A stretch of DNA of 64,000 bases from a virus (IMGVR_UViG_3300032307_000516:1-64000); one strand, 5' to 3'. Shown: positions 36,497-47,492, counted from the stretch's first letter. Notes: generated by a model not told the origin, from the letters alone. A program made the numbers and translations.

Positions 36497-38299
36497 ATGG
36501 CTGAAGATAAATCTGGTAATAATTATTGGTCGACTGCAAAAGTTGAAGCTCTAATTTACAATGCGGAGGAGCACGGGGTAGACTATAAAGATATGGATAA
36601 CCCATTTCATGAAAACGACCCAGAGCTTAGAAAAGGTAACGTTCTTTTTGAATACACCGAATGGGAATTAGAGGAAATGCAAAAATGTGCCGCTGATGTG
36701 GTTTACTTTGCTAATAAGTATTGTCACGTTATGACCGACGAGGGAATTAGACAAATACAGCTAAGGGATTATCAGATACAAATTCTAAATCAGTACCAGT
36801 TCCATAGGAAAAATGTTTTCGTTTCTCCTAGACAATCTGGTAAAACCATTACTTCATCTATATTTCTTCTTTGGTATCTACTATTTAACTACGAAAAAAA
36901 TGCCATGATTATGGCGAACATTGGTGATACCGCTGCGGAATTAATGGATAAGATCAAGGTTATTATGAAGGGTCTTCCTTTCTTCTTAAAGCCCGGTCTA
37001 ATCGTTTATAACGTGATGACCATGAAATACGATAACGGATGTAGAATAATGGCTAAGACGACAACTAAAACATCGTCTATCGGTTATACAATCCACATGT
37101 TATACATGGATGAGTTCGCTCACATTAACCCGAACTTTATCAATCAGTTCTTCAAATCTGTTTATCCTACCATATCATCATCACAAATTGCAAGGGTTAT
37201 TATTACATCGACCCCAAATGGAATGAATAAATTCTGGGAGTTGTATAAAGGTGCAATCGACGGGGAAAATGAATTTAACCCAATTAGGGTAGAATGGTGG
37301 CAAATTCCAGGAAGAGATGAAGAATGGAGAAAGAAAGAAATAGCAGCATTAGGATCCGAGGAAGATTTTAATCAGGAATACGGATGCCAGTTCTTATCAT
37401 CTTCAAGGTTACTTTTAGATTCTCCTACACTTAAAAGATTAAAAACCAACGAGGAGAACTTTGTTTTTCACGAACTATCTCCTTTTGAGATGAGTCCTAT
37501 AGATTACACTCCTCTTTTATGGCACCCAAAATTTGATCCGACGTCAATATTTGAAAAAGATGCACAGAAATTCTATATTTCTATTGATACTGCAGGTGGA
37601 GGTGGAGGTGACTTTTCGGTAGTAAATATTTTTAAAGTTACACCTATGCCTACGAATAGTATAAAGAATAAAAAATTCTTTGAGGATGAAAGTGATTTCT
37701 TCTGTTTACTGCAAGTTGGTATCTACAGATCAAACACTGTACAGATTGAAGAGCTCAAAGCATTTGTAGAAATTTTAGTACTTCACGTTTTGGGAGAAGA
37801 AAATACAAGAATTGTATTGGAGATGGATTACAAAGGTGAGTTACTGATGGATAAATTACTTGACGGTGATGATTTTTATGATGAGATGTTCGTTTACACT
37901 AGACATTCAGAGGCTACGTCTAAATTAAGGCCCGGTGTAAAGCTAACAGTAAGAAACAAAGAAAAATTCTGTTATGATCTTAAAATAAATACTAGATCAT
38001 ATAAAATAATCCCCTCTGAGAAGAATACGATCCACGAATTAACAAATTTTGGTATAAATTCTAATGGAAGTTTCTCTAGTCAAATAGGAAAGGATGATAT
38101 AGCAATGACATTAGTTAATCTTAACTGTGTATTTGATAATGGAGATTTCCAAGAGACTGTATCAGAATTATATGATATTATTCCCGAAAAATTTAGAAAT
38201 CTAATAGAAGAAAGACTAAACGATTCAGTAGAAGCGACGCAAAATAGAAATAATGAGATGTCAAACTATACTTTCTTGAATGGCCTCCTTGATTCCTAA
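36497..38299 (+). CDS. terL: Terminase large subunit (gp17-like)
   Basis: LRDYQ, PRQSGKT, YMDEFAH, ITSTPNG, QEYGCQF and KDDIAM motifs. Confidence 0.95.
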   Translation: MAEDKSGNNYWSTAKVEALIYNAEEHGVDYKDMDNPFHENDPELRKGNVLFEYTEWELEEMQKCAADVVYFANKYCHVMTDEGIRQIQLRDYQIQILNQYQFHRKNVFVSPRQSGKTITSSIFLLWYLLFNYEKNAMIMANIGDTAAELMDKIKVIMKGLPFFLKPGLIVYNVMTMKYDNGCRIMAKTTTKTSSIGYTIHMLYMDEFAHINPNFINQFFKSVYPTISSSQIARVIITSTPNGMNKFWELYKGAIDGENEFNPIRVEWWQIPGRDEEWRKKEIAALGSEEDFNQEYGCQFLSSSRLLLDSPTLKRLKTNEENFVFHELSPFEMSPIDYTPLLWHPKFDPTSIFEKDAQKFYISIDTAGGGGGDFSVVNIFKVTPMPTNSIKNKKFFEDESDFFCLLQVGIYRSNTVQIEELKAFVEILVLHVLGEENTRIVLEMDYKGELLMDKLLDGDDFYDEMFVYTRHSEATSKLRPGVKLTVRNKEKFCYDLKINTRSYKIIPSEKNTIHELTNFGINSNGSFSSQIGKDDIAMTLVNLNCVFDNGDFQETVSELYDIIPEKFRNLIEERLNDSVEATQNRNNEMSNYTFLNGLLDS

Positions 38300-38378
38300 G
38301 GAAAGAATGATATATACATAGAAAAAGAAGTCTAAAGAAGCGAACTTCTTCGATATATAAAAAAAATAAAAATTAGAG

Positions 38379-41300
38379 ATGGCCAAACAAGTTAAACTTG
38401 ACTTATCACAATTCAAAGCATCTGGTGTTTACACTTTGGAGTTTGATGCTTCGGAAAATATTATAATCAACCCACAGACGATTCGTTTGGTAGTTGGTTA
38501 TTCTAATATTGGACCTTTTAATACTCCAGTATACTGCCCGGACATCACAACTTTTCAAGCAGTTTTTGGAGGAATTGATAAAACTCTAGAGAAAAAAGGA
38601 TCTTTTTTCCATAGATCTGTACTAACATGTTTAGGCAGCGGACCGGTATTTGCATTAAATCTTAGAATACTTAACAATACAGTAGATGTAAACGGAGATC
38701 CTGATTTTGCTGCTGGTGCTGATGTTGCTAGATATCGTGCTTTCTCTGTCGATACAGAAGAGCAAAATGGTAACAATGCAACAGGAGGATATTCAGACCC
38801 GTTAACAAAACAAGACAAATTAGTATCTTCTTACTATAATAAAGAGAAATTCTGGTTCCCAGATACTGATTATTTCTTAGCAACCGAGGATACATCAGGT
38901 TCAAAACCAGATTCTAGAAAACTATTCAGCTTAGTTAACATAGGACAAAATCCGGTAAGTATAATTGTTAGAAAATCTCTTGACTCGCCATTCCCTTTAA
39001 AAGGATTCGATATTACAGCTAGAGAATATTTTGGAGCTGATAACGTTCCTTCGTTCATGAATCAATATGATTACCTTTCAGATTGGTTTATTGATGTAAT
39101 TGCAATTAGCGGTAACTGGACAGATTATCAAGCTTTAGCAAATGATCCAGTTTACAGTACATATTTTACATCTAAAGGATTCATCAAGGCACAAATTGAC
39201 AATTTCTTAGCTCAAGACGGAATTAACATCGTTACAACTGTAACTGGTACACTTATTCCTAACTTTGTAGACCAAAACGGTACACTTAGATACATCCAGA
39301 CTTTGATTAATAACCAAGCCCAAACAACTGGTATCTTCTGTGCAGTTAACGAAGAAGCTTTAGATGATATAGAAAATAACTCTTCAGTAATTGACTTAGT
39401 GGGTCACCACTTAGTTGATGAACTTGGCGTAGATTCGGACATTTCAAATCCTAAAAATCTTAACTTCTTATCATACAGCCAAAATCTATTCGCAGATTTC
39501 ACTTATTATAAAAACGTTGCAGGGTCTACTGGAGGTACAGAAATTACAGATACCGGTATTTCACCTTCAACTGGATTTGATATCTTACCAGAAACCGGTA
39601 CTTTAGTGGAGGATACATTATTTAACGTAAGTGGAGACGCGGGTATACCTACAACTTTATGGGCTACTTTCGATGCTGCTGATAGAGATGGTGGAGCTAA
39701 CAATAATGCGTACATCTATCTGGAGACATTATTTACTAACCCGGTAGATCACGACGATCAAATTACAACATTAGAAGGATTTGTTACAACTAATAATAAT
39801 TCACCAGCTTCTAGATGGGTACTTGGTAAAGTTAAAAACCTACCAATACCAGGATATTTAGGATTTTATAATGGGGATCTTGTTAAATTAAAAATTGTAG
39901 AAGCTAAAACAATAACTAATTCAACCTTACCTGTAGGTCAAAGAACACAAATAAGACTATTATTATCGCACCCACTTGTTGGTTCAGGTGCTTCTACAAC
40001 ATATGTTGAGCCTTGGTACGAAACAAACAAGAGTACAGCTGATGCTTACCAAATCGGTAACCCAGATTACTTCGATAATGATGACGTTTTCTTCTCACCA
40101 GATATTCCAGTAGGAACTGATAGTTACTTAGCTTACGAGAACTCTGCAATGTATAGAGATTGGGTAAAAGGTAACATTAGTGATGGCGATATAGACTGGA
40201 AAGATAATACAGGATCATTGCTTCAATATCTTAAATTTGAGAATAACGTTGATAGAGATGGATTCAATATCTTAGTATGTAGAGCATATGCGGATGATAC
40301 ATTCACAACACCTGAAGTTATTGCAACTTGGGACACAACTTATGTTAGCTCACTTCCTGTAGGTACAAACGAAACAACAGGCGAAAGTTTCAATATCGTT
40401 TCAACTAACGGTAACCTTAGCGATTATGTTGACATTATTACTCAGCTAGCACCTAACATTATTGAAATGTCTGTTGCTGAGGCTAATTCATCAGGTATTA
40501 AAGTAGGTGATCTATTAGTTTCTACAGACACTCAAACTTATGATAATCCTTTAACTGAAAATTTACAGTCAAGATTAACAAGAGTACTTGAAGTTAAAAC
40601 AGTAGCTTCTGCTTCTTCACCTGGAGTTTATACAATCCAAGTTAAGACTGAAAGACCTATCCAACTTTACCCTGGTACAACTACTAGAGTATGGAAGTTT
40701 AAATCTATCCAAGAGTTTGTTACTTCATTCAACTTCACATATCTACCAGGAGCAGCTATTAAAGCAGCTTCAGTTCCAAACGGAACAGATACAAGAATGA
40801 ATGCTATCTTGGATGTACTTTACAATACTAACTTAGCTAGAACTCTTGCAGATACTGACGTTATTACATTCAGATACGTAGTAGATACATTTGATGGAGG
40901 TATTCAGCCAAACTGTAAATACCAACTTACAAGACTTGCTAAGAACAGACAAAAATGTATGGCAATCTGTAACGTACCTTCAATGCAGAAATTCTCAGAA
41001 TCAGTAGATCCTAGATTTACTTCTGCACCTACTGCAACAGATCCAGCTCCAATTTTACAAGCTAGATACATTGCAGATGGAGGTAATTTAAGTTTAAATC
41101 CTTCATTTACATTCTCTCTTCCTGACGAGGATCAAGGAGCTAAATTCTCTGGATTCTTTGCTCCATTCTTAACAATTAGAGATAATGGTAAGAACTTAAA
41201 CGTTCCACCAGCACCATACGTATCTAATAACTTCATCCGTAAGTTTATCACAGGTGAACCTTATTCAATCGTAGCAGGTGTTAAAAGAGGTATTATTTCA

Positions 41301-41789
41301 GCTGGTAACTTAGTTGGTCTAGAGTATGACTTCGATCTTCAAGATAGAGAATATCTAGAGCCTTTCGGTATCAACCCAATCATTCGTAAAAGAGGAGTTG
41401 GTGTAGTTATCTACGGTAACCAAACAAGCTACCAAAGAACTAACTCAGCATTTAATAACTTACACGTTAGAGATCTATTAATCACAGTAGAATCTGCAAT
41501 TGAAGAAATCTTAGCAAACTACGTTTTCGATTTCAACGAGGATTCAGTAAGACTTGAGATTAAAACTTTAGTAGATAACTACTTAACTGGAGTAAGATCA
41601 GTAGGAGGTATTTATAACTACTTAACTATTATGGACTCTTCTAACAATACTCCTGCAATCATCGATCAAAACATCGGTATCATAGACGTTATTATCGAAC
41701 CTGCAAGAGGAATTCACAAGTTTATTAATAGAATGACAGTTACTAGAACAGGTGGTATTGCTTCTGGAGGATTTATCCAATTTAGCTAA
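38379..41789 (+). CDS. Tail sheath protein (gp18-like)
   Basis: SGVYTLEFD N-terminus; GINPI, YGNQT, LHVRDLL and DFNEDSVR in the C-terminal sheath domain. Confidence 0.92.
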   Translation: MAKQVKLDLSQFKASGVYTLEFDASENIIINPQTIRLVVGYSNIGPFNTPVYCPDITTFQAVFGGIDKTLEKKGSFFHRSVLTCLGSGPVFALNLRILNNTVDVNGDPDFAAGADVARYRAFSVDTEEQNGNNATGGYSDPLTKQDKLVSSYYNKEKFWFPDTDYFLATEDTSGSKPDSRKLFSLVNIGQNPVSIIVRKSLDSPFPLKGFDITAREYFGADNVPSFMNQYDYLSDWFIDVIAISGNWTDYQALANDPVYSTYFTSKGFIKAQIDNFLAQDGINIVTTVTGTLIPNFVDQNGTLRYIQTLINNQAQTTGIFCAVNEEALDDIENNSSVIDLVGHHLVDELGVDSDISNPKNLNFLSYSQNLFADFTYYKNVAGSTGGTEITDTGISPSTGFDILPETGTLVEDTLFNVSGDAGIPTTLWATFDAADRDGGANNNAYIYLETLFTNPVDHDDQITTLEGFVTTNNNSPASRWVLGKVKNLPIPGYLGFYNGDLVKLKIVEAKTITNSTLPVGQRTQIRLLLSHPLVGSGASTTYVEPWYETNKSTADAYQIGNPDYFDNDDVFFSPDIPVGTDSYLAYENSAMYRDWVKGNISDGDIDWKDNTGSLLQYLKFENNVDRDGFNILVCRAYADDTFTTPEVIATWDTTYVSSLPVGTNETTGESFNIVSTNGNLSDYVDIITQLAPNIIEMSVAEANSSGIKVGDLLVSTDTQTYDNPLTENLQSRLTRVLEVKTVASASSPGVYTIQVKTERPIQLYPGTTTRVWKFKSIQEFVTSFNFTYLPGAAIKAASVPNGTDTRMNAILDVLYNTNLARTLADTDVITFRYVVDTFDGGIQPNCKYQLTRLAKNRQKCMAICNVPSMQKFSESVDPRFTSAPTATDPAPILQARYIADGGNLSLNPSFTFSLPDEDQGAKFSGFFAPFLTIRDNGKNLNVPPAPYVSNNFIRKFITGEPYSIVAGVKRGIISAGNLVGLEYDFDLQDREYLEPFGINPIIRKRGVGVVIYGNQTSYQRTNSAFNNLHVRDLLITVESAIEEILANYVFDFNEDSVRLEIKTLVDNYLTGVRSVGGIYNYLTIMDSSNNTPAIIDQNIGIIDVIIEPARGIHKFINRMTVTRTGGIASGGFIQFS

Positions 41790-41834
41790 TAAATTTGATG
41801 ATCAAAAAGAATGTTAAATATATAAAATAAAAAC

Positions 41835-42407
41835 ATGGCAGGATTACCACATTATTCAAGTTCGAAGGCTTCTATTAACAAGTTCGAACCAGTTTTCCTC
41901 AACCAGTTTGAGGTTACTATAAGTCCACCTGCGGGTGTGGCTATTCCGCAAGGAAATCCTGGAAGTAATAATATACTTCTAGAGCAAGTAACTAGAGTTT
42001 CTGGATTACAGGTAGATCAAAACCCAGGGGAGATCACACAGCAATATAAATTTGCTAAAAGATATTACGCTGGAGCAGCTCCACAAAGAACTGGTTTAGA
42101 TTGTGATATAGAGTTTGAAGTCAACTTAAATGATGACAATTCAATGTATGTTTTTAAAGTACTTCGTCAGTGGTCAGATTTAATTTACAATCCCCTAACA
42201 GGTGCAATGGGATTAAAAGCAGATTATGCTGGTAACATTTTAATAAATGTCTTTAATAAACAAGGAGATGTTTATAGAAAAATTAACCTTAGAGATTGCT
42301 TCCCTAGTACACCTATTACTGAAATGGCTTTAAATTACACTCAAACGTCTATTTACAAATTAAATGTTACTTGGGCAGTTGATTACTTTGATGACGTATT
42401 TATATAA
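41835..42407 (+). CDS. Tail tube protein (gp19-like), copy 1
   Basis: Follows the sheath gene; RQWSDLIYNPLTG and DCFP motifs. Confidence 0.85.
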   Translation: MAGLPHYSSSKASINKFEPVFLNQFEVTISPPAGVAIPQGNPGSNNILLEQVTRVSGLQVDQNPGEITQQYKFAKRYYAGAAPQRTGLDCDIEFEVNLNDDNSMYVFKVLRQWSDLIYNPLTGAMGLKADYAGNILINVFNKQGDVYRKINLRDCFPSTPITEMALNYTQTSIYKLNVTWAVDYFDDVFI

Positions 42408-42417
42408 TTAAAAAGAA

Positions 42418-42996
42418 ATGGCAGGATTACCACATTTTAGCTCCTCAAAGGCAGCGGTTCAATTATACGAACCAGTTTATCTTAACCAGTTCGAGGTTAT
42501 TATTCAACCTCCAGTTGGTGTAGGAAATCCTCAAGGAAACGGGGGAAGAACACTATTAGTAGAAAACGTTCTATCAGTAGCTGGTCTTGCAGTTGATAAA
42601 AACCCAGGATTAGCAGAACAAAGATACAAATTCTCTAGAAGAAGATATGCAGCAGCAGCTGTTGACGATACTGGTGTAAAAGTTAGAATCGATTTTGAGA
42701 CCAACTTAGACGACAATAACAGTAACTATGTTTTCAAAACATTACGTGAATGGTCAGATTTAATCTATAACCCATTAACTGGTGCTACTGGTATCAAATC
42801 AACATATGCAGGAGGAACTTATATTCTTATCTCCATCTTCAATAAACAAGGAGATGTATTCAGAAGAGTTAAGTTAGTTAACTGCTTCCCTGTAGATCAG
42901 ATCAAGGCAATGGACTTAGATTATACAAACGGAACAACTCCTTATAAAATATCTTTATCTTTTAGAGCAGACTATTTTGAAGATGTATTCAACTAA
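42418..42996 (+). CDS. Tail tube protein (gp19-like), copy 2
   Basis: Paralog of the upstream gene (MAGLPH, REWSDLIYNPLTG, NCFP). Confidence 0.85.
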   Translation: MAGLPHFSSSKAAVQLYEPVYLNQFEVIIQPPVGVGNPQGNGGRTLLVENVLSVAGLAVDKNPGLAEQRYKFSRRRYAAAAVDDTGVKVRIDFETNLDDNNSNYVFKTLREWSDLIYNPLTGATGIKSTYAGGTYILISIFNKQGDVFRRVKLVNCFPVDQIKAMDLDYTNGTTPYKISLSFRADYFEDVFN

Positions 42997-43025
42997 TTTG
43001 TAGATATTTCTTACAATAAATATAT

Positions 43026-43058
43026 AAATGGAGACCTTAGAGTCTCCATTTTTATTTT
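43026..43058 (+). terminator. Intrinsic terminator
   Basis: AAATGGAGAC-CTTAGA-GTCTCCATTT plus T-run. Confidence 0.8.
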
Positions 43059-43123
43059 AAAATGTTTTTGTTAATCTGGAAACTTAAACATAAAAATAGG
43101 TAAAAGAAATATAAGCAAATGAC

Positions 43124-44191
43124 ATGGTTGACCATTTAGACGACGAACTATTAAACGAACTGAGCAAGAAAGAGCAAGGTTCAAGATTTGAGTACGATCA
43201 ATTACAACAACAGGAATCTACTCCAGATCCAGATGTAGATGATGTAAATATTCCATCTTGGATCCCACAAGATTATCAAAAGCCTTCTGCTGAGGAGTTA
43301 ATACAAAGATCTGAACAAAATAACTCTCCTAATCTTGGAAAATCTACTAGAGTTCCTATGGGAATGGAGAGTGAGTGGAAGAATCTTCCACCTGAAACTT
43401 TACCATCCAAAGGATTTGGATATCCCGAAGGATTTGAAATTGCTATTAAACCAGCATCTGTTAAGGAAATTCGTCACTTTTCCACAGTAGATGATGACGA
43501 CAGAATAGATTTGGATGACAAATTAAACACAATCCTATCTAAATGTATGAAGATAAGATGGGACGGTGGATTTTTAGAAAATTATGATCTTTGGTACGAG
43601 GATAGATTCTTTATCATAATGTCAATCAGGGATTTAACATTCATCAAAGGTGAAAATAGGATTCTTCTTCCAGTCACTAAAAACTGTACAAAACCTGATT
43701 GTAATATAGCAGATCAGATAGAATTAAAAGCTAATCTTCTAGATAGTTTTGTAATCGATCCAGAGTTACTAAAAAGATACAGTAAAGACACATATTCTTT
43801 TAGATTTGTTCCCAAAGACGGAAGTCCAGATATGGATCTTTACATCCCTACAGTAGGTGTTACTACTTTATGTAGAAAAATACTTTCTGAAAAAAGGAGG
43901 AAAGGAAAGAAATTCGACGAGAGCTTCTCTAAAGTTGCAAGTTTTATTATTCCGGATTGGAGAAATCTAGACGAAAGACTTTATGACCAATACGAAAGGG
44001 CATCCAACGAATGGACTCCCTTACAATTTTCAATTGCAGATCAGATTAGTGAAAAAATAAATTTTGCAACTAAATCGAGAATCTATAGTAAATGTTCTAG
44101 CTGTGATGGGGAGGTCACAGCAGAAATATCATTTCCCGGAGGGTACAGATCCCTTTTCGTTATTTCAGATATCCTTAGCCAATTACTTTGA
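43124..44191 (+). CDS. gp26-like baseplate hub/tail assembly chaperone
   Basis: LPSKG, DRFFIIMSIR and two Cys pairs (CTKPDC, CSSC); position after the tail tubes. Confidence 0.65.
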   Translation: MVDHLDDELLNELSKKEQGSRFEYDQLQQQESTPDPDVDDVNIPSWIPQDYQKPSAEELIQRSEQNNSPNLGKSTRVPMGMESEWKNLPPETLPSKGFGYPEGFEIAIKPASVKEIRHFSTVDDDDRIDLDDKLNTILSKCMKIRWDGGFLENYDLWYEDRFFIIMSIRDLTFIKGENRILLPVTKNCTKPDCNIADQIELKANLLDSFVIDPELLKRYSKDTYSFRFVPKDGSPDMDLYIPTVGVTTLCRKILSEKRRKGKKFDESFSKVASFIIPDWRNLDERLYDQYERASNEWTPLQFSIADQISEKINFATKSRIYSKCSSCDGEVTAEISFPGGYRSLFVISDILSQLL

Positions 44192-44369
44192 TATTAAATT
44201 TAGGTTGTGGGAAGAATTTAAAGTATCTCTAGATTCTTTAGAAGCACTTCCTTTCTATGAATATCAGATCTATATAGATAAGCTAAACGAAAAGATAGAG
44301 AAAGAGAACAAAAAATCCGAACAAGGAGATTTAGTTGAAGCATTTTCATTTTCAAAGCCAAAAAGTTAA
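44106..44369 (+). CDS. gp51-like baseplate assembly protein (start uncertain; possible frameshift product)
   Basis: SLANYF...SLDSLEALPFYEYQIY pattern; overlaps the upstream ORF in the +1 frame. Confidence 0.6.
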   Translation: MGRSQQKYHFPEGTDPFSLFQISLANYFDIKFRLWEEFKVSLDSLEALPFYEYQIYIDKLNEKIEKENKKSEQGDLVEAFSFSKPKS

Positions 44370-44385
44370 ACTTTTTGGCTTTTTA
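44354..44385 (+). terminator. Intrinsic terminator
   Basis: AAAGCCAAAAAG/CTTTTTGGCTTT hairpin plus T-run. Confidence 0.7.
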
Positions 44386-44407
44386 GGTATATAAATAAAA
44401 AAACATT

Positions 44408-46072
44408 TTGGCAGGAGAAACAGGATCAGAATTCCCAGTTTTTAAAACTGAAGGCGGTGCTTTTGACAGAGCTAAGTTCAACGAGTCACTTTCCACTAGC
44501 GGAGGAGCTATAGGGGTAGACAGTAGCGTTCTTGATGCTTTAAAAGAAGCAAATAGTGTAGGGGATGCAGCAAAGAAATTTTTCAAGGGTGCTTTTGAAC
44601 AGAATTTAAAAGCATTAGATCCTGCTTATGATCCTCGAAGTGTATTTTATAGAGAAGCACGTTCACCTTCAGGATTATATCAGAAATCCATACAGAATAA
44701 AATAGATAACGGGGAAGCAATAGACGGAAAAGAAATTTTCGAAATGTCTAAGAAAGCTGCAGAGAAAAAGATTGCTAATGTGGCAATACTTAAAACAGGT
44801 AAAGTTACTGAGATTTTAGAAAATGTCGGATTTGACGACTTTAAGAGTTTTGATGCTTACGAAGATGTAAAAAGCGATTTTGATAGTAAGATCAAAGAGG
44901 ATAAGTTTAAGTTCGATTCAGTATTGGATGGATTTTGGCTTCTTCTGGATGATTTGAATAGCAAAGAGCCAATTCCAACACAAACATTACAATATTTAAA
45001 CAACCCCGAGAATAGCGCAATTCTGTCCGCTGTAGCTAAAGTGCTAGAATCAGAAGGATTCAATAGCGAAAGTGTTTTAGCTATGTCTAAAAGATACGAA
45101 GAAAGTTTAGCTAAACTTGTAGAAATATCTGAAAAGGGATCTGTTGAAGGAGCTAAAACCCCTGCAGAAGAAAAAAAGATTGAAACATCCTCTACTGCAA
45201 CAACAGAGGAACAAAAAGTAGGAGAAAAAAAAGAGGAAACTAAAGGTGGTGAAACAGGATCAACCCCTGTAGAATCTGCTAAAACCGAAACAACTGCGAC
45301 AACTACAGGAACAACAGGTACAGAAGCAAAAGGTACTACCCAAGAAAATACACTTGCTAACAAAACCGGAGAAGAGCCTAAGAAATTAGATGGAGTATCA
45401 GGTACTGGAGGTACAGAAAATAAAAGCCAGCCAGCATCAGCCGAAGTATCATCTAAGATAGACAATTTAATATCGAATCTTTTCGGCGTTAAAGGTGGTG
45501 CAGGGGGAACAGGAGCAGGAGCAGGTGGAACAGGAGCAGGTGGAACAGGAGCAGGAACAACTGGAGGAGCACAATCTCTAGAAAATAAATTGACAACAGC
45601 TGCTAGTAATACATCACAGGAAGTAAGATCTGCTATAGATAAAAATTTAGAATCATTGGGATTTAAAGCTAAATCGTCACCAAGTGGAAATTCTACTAGT
45701 ACTGTAGAAAATTTATCACCTAAGAATGAAACTTCTTCCACCCCTAAGGGTATAAAAGAAACAGAGACACAAAAGTTAAGTAGTGTGGCTCCTCCTGCGG
45801 AAAATAAGCCAACAGAGGAAACTACCACATCTACTACAACGCCAGTGAATTCTGAGACAGTAACTAATAAGGTATCGGCAGAAACGGCAAGTGTCAATTC
45901 CACCACAGGAAACGAGCAAACAAAGGGCGAAACTCCGAAAGAAACCGTTAGTTCTACAGGCAATGAAGACTTAAGTAAAAAAATGGAAACTATGGTTACA
46001 CTACTGACTCAATTGAATAATACACTCCAAGGACCTCTATTAGTAACCTCAACTTCAAAAAAAATTGACTAA
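44408..46072 (+). CDS. Hypothetical tail-associated protein with Thr/Gly/Glu low-complexity C-half
   Basis: 554-aa ORF, TTG start, TATAAATA upstream. Confidence 0.55.
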   Translation: MAGETGSEFPVFKTEGGAFDRAKFNESLSTSGGAIGVDSSVLDALKEANSVGDAAKKFFKGAFEQNLKALDPAYDPRSVFYREARSPSGLYQKSIQNKIDNGEAIDGKEIFEMSKKAAEKKIANVAILKTGKVTEILENVGFDDFKSFDAYEDVKSDFDSKIKEDKFKFDSVLDGFWLLLDDLNSKEPIPTQTLQYLNNPENSAILSAVAKVLESEGFNSESVLAMSKRYEESLAKLVEISEKGSVEGAKTPAEEKKIETSSTATTEEQKVGEKKEETKGGETGSTPVESAKTETTATTTGTTGTEAKGTTQENTLANKTGEEPKKLDGVSGTGGTENKSQPASAEVSSKIDNLISNLFGVKGGAGGTGAGAGGTGAGGTGAGTTGGAQSLENKLTTAASNTSQEVRSAIDKNLESLGFKAKSSPSGNSTSTVENLSPKNETSSTPKGIKETETQKLSSVAPPAENKPTEETTTSTTTPVNSETVTNKVSAETASVNSTTGNEQTKGETPKETVSSTGNEDLSKKMETMVTLLTQLNNTLQGPLLVTSTSKKID

Positions 46073-46129
46073 GGGGGTTTACTTTTTGAAAACAATCTAC
46101 TATATTTGTAAAAATAAAATCTAAATAAA

Positions 46130-46402
46130 ATGAGTAAAAATTACGAGATCACTAAGGAGCTAAGGCAGGCTTCATTAGAATTCCTAAAGGAGTTTGGGAA
46201 TTACCAAAAATGCCTAGAAATTTTAAGCGATGAAGAAAAATTAGAATTTACCGAAGAAGAAGTTAATGAAATATTGAATCTATTGGGCTCATTCAGATTA
46301 AGGGATGTCTTCAACATCGTAGAAAGATATAAAGTTGAAGTTACACCTTTAAAATCTCAAACTGATGAGCAATCAGAGCCTATCACAGGACAAGCAGAAT
46401 AA
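46130..46402 (+). CDS. Hypothetical protein
   Basis: ORF downstream of TATATTTG at 46101. Confidence 0.6.
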   Translation: MSKNYEITKELRQASLEFLKEFGNYQKCLEILSDEEKLEFTEEEVNEILNLLGSFRLRDVFNIVERYKVEVTPLKSQTDEQSEPITGQAE

Positions 46403-46802
46403 AGTCGATCGTTTATACTTAAAAATGGCTAAGGTATGGGCCGAGAATTCTCACTGTAAGAGAAGTCAGGTCGGGTGTCTTATTGTCAATAATCGACAAA
46501 TTATATCTGATGGATACAACGGAACACCTTCCGGATTTCCTAACAATTGTGAAGATTGCGACAACAACACATTACACACAGTATTACACGCTGAAGCCAA
46601 TGCTATTACTAAAATAGCTAAAAGTACGAACAGCGCAGAAGGTTCAACACTTTATGTGACTCTCTCACCATGTTTCGATTGTGCTAAACTTATAATTCAG
46701 GCAGGAATTAAAAGAATAGTATACTCTGAAGTTTATAGAAAGACAGATTCTTTTAAACTTTTCGAAGAAGCAGGTATAGAAATAAAACAAATGGATATTT
46801 AA
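46365..46802 (+). CDS. dCMP deaminase
   Basis: GYNG, HAEANAI and SPCFDC motifs. Confidence 0.95.
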   Translation: MSNQSLSQDKQNKVDRLYLKMAKVWAENSHCKRSQVGCLIVNNRQIISDGYNGTPSGFPNNCEDCDNNTLHTVLHAEANAITKIAKSTNSAEGSTLYVTLSPCFDCAKLIIQAGIKRIVYSEVYRKTDSFKLFEEAGIEIKQMDI

Positions 46803-46816
46803 AAAAATTAGAAAAA

Positions 46817-47434
46817 ATGGCAGTAAAAAACATTCAGGAATTAGCAGAAAGCTTTATGCGAACGTCGTCAGATAAAGACTTCGTAGAATTATATAAAAGA
46901 ATCAAACCAGGATTATTGAATCATTGTAAATCTATATTAATAGATACAGATGCAGCAGAGGATGCGGTATCGAATACAATGGCAAAGATCTGGACAAAAA
47001 TATCACAATACGATCCGCAGAGAGGTAATTTTTCTACATGGGTATACAATATAGCAAGAAACGAATCCTTAGTAATAAAAAAGAGTGAAGACCGTTATAT
47101 GCCAATAATACAGGAGATAGTTAAAAATAATGATGACGGAGAAGATACAGTTCAAAGAGTAAGTCATTATCAGGATAATATCTACAACTGTGATTATATT
47201 AGTAGTGAGGCAAATGAAATGGAGGATCTATACGAAAATGTATTAGAGAGAATGAAAGATCTTCCAGATATCTACAAAGATATTCTTTTCGACCGAGAGA
47301 TCTTAAGAATGAAATATCAAGAGATAGCTGATAAGCACGGAATGAAAAAAAGAGCTATTGCTACTAGAATACGTAGAGCTAGATTAAAAGTTAGAGAGAT
47401 GTTTCCTGGAGTTAATTTGACTTTCAACGATTGA
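46817..47434 (+). CDS. ECF-like sigma-70 family RNA polymerase sigma factor
   Basis: Region 2 AEDAV...FSTWVYNIARN; region 4 YQEIA...TRIRRAR. Confidence 0.9.
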   Translation: MAVKNIQELAESFMRTSSDKDFVELYKRIKPGLLNHCKSILIDTDAAEDAVSNTMAKIWTKISQYDPQRGNFSTWVYNIARNESLVIKKSEDRYMPIIQEIVKNNDDGEDTVQRVSHYQDNIYNCDYISSEANEMEDLYENVLERMKDLPDIYKDILFDREILRMKYQEIADKHGMKKRAIATRIRRARLKVREMFPGVNLTFND

Positions 47435-47492
47435 TCCCAATAAATCAGATTGTAACTTTTTCTTTCGTTTAATCTAAAAATAGAAAAGATTT

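Noticed and set aside
44857-45963. 368-aa minus-strand ORF
   Set aside because: Antisense shadow of the low-complexity 44408..46072 gene.
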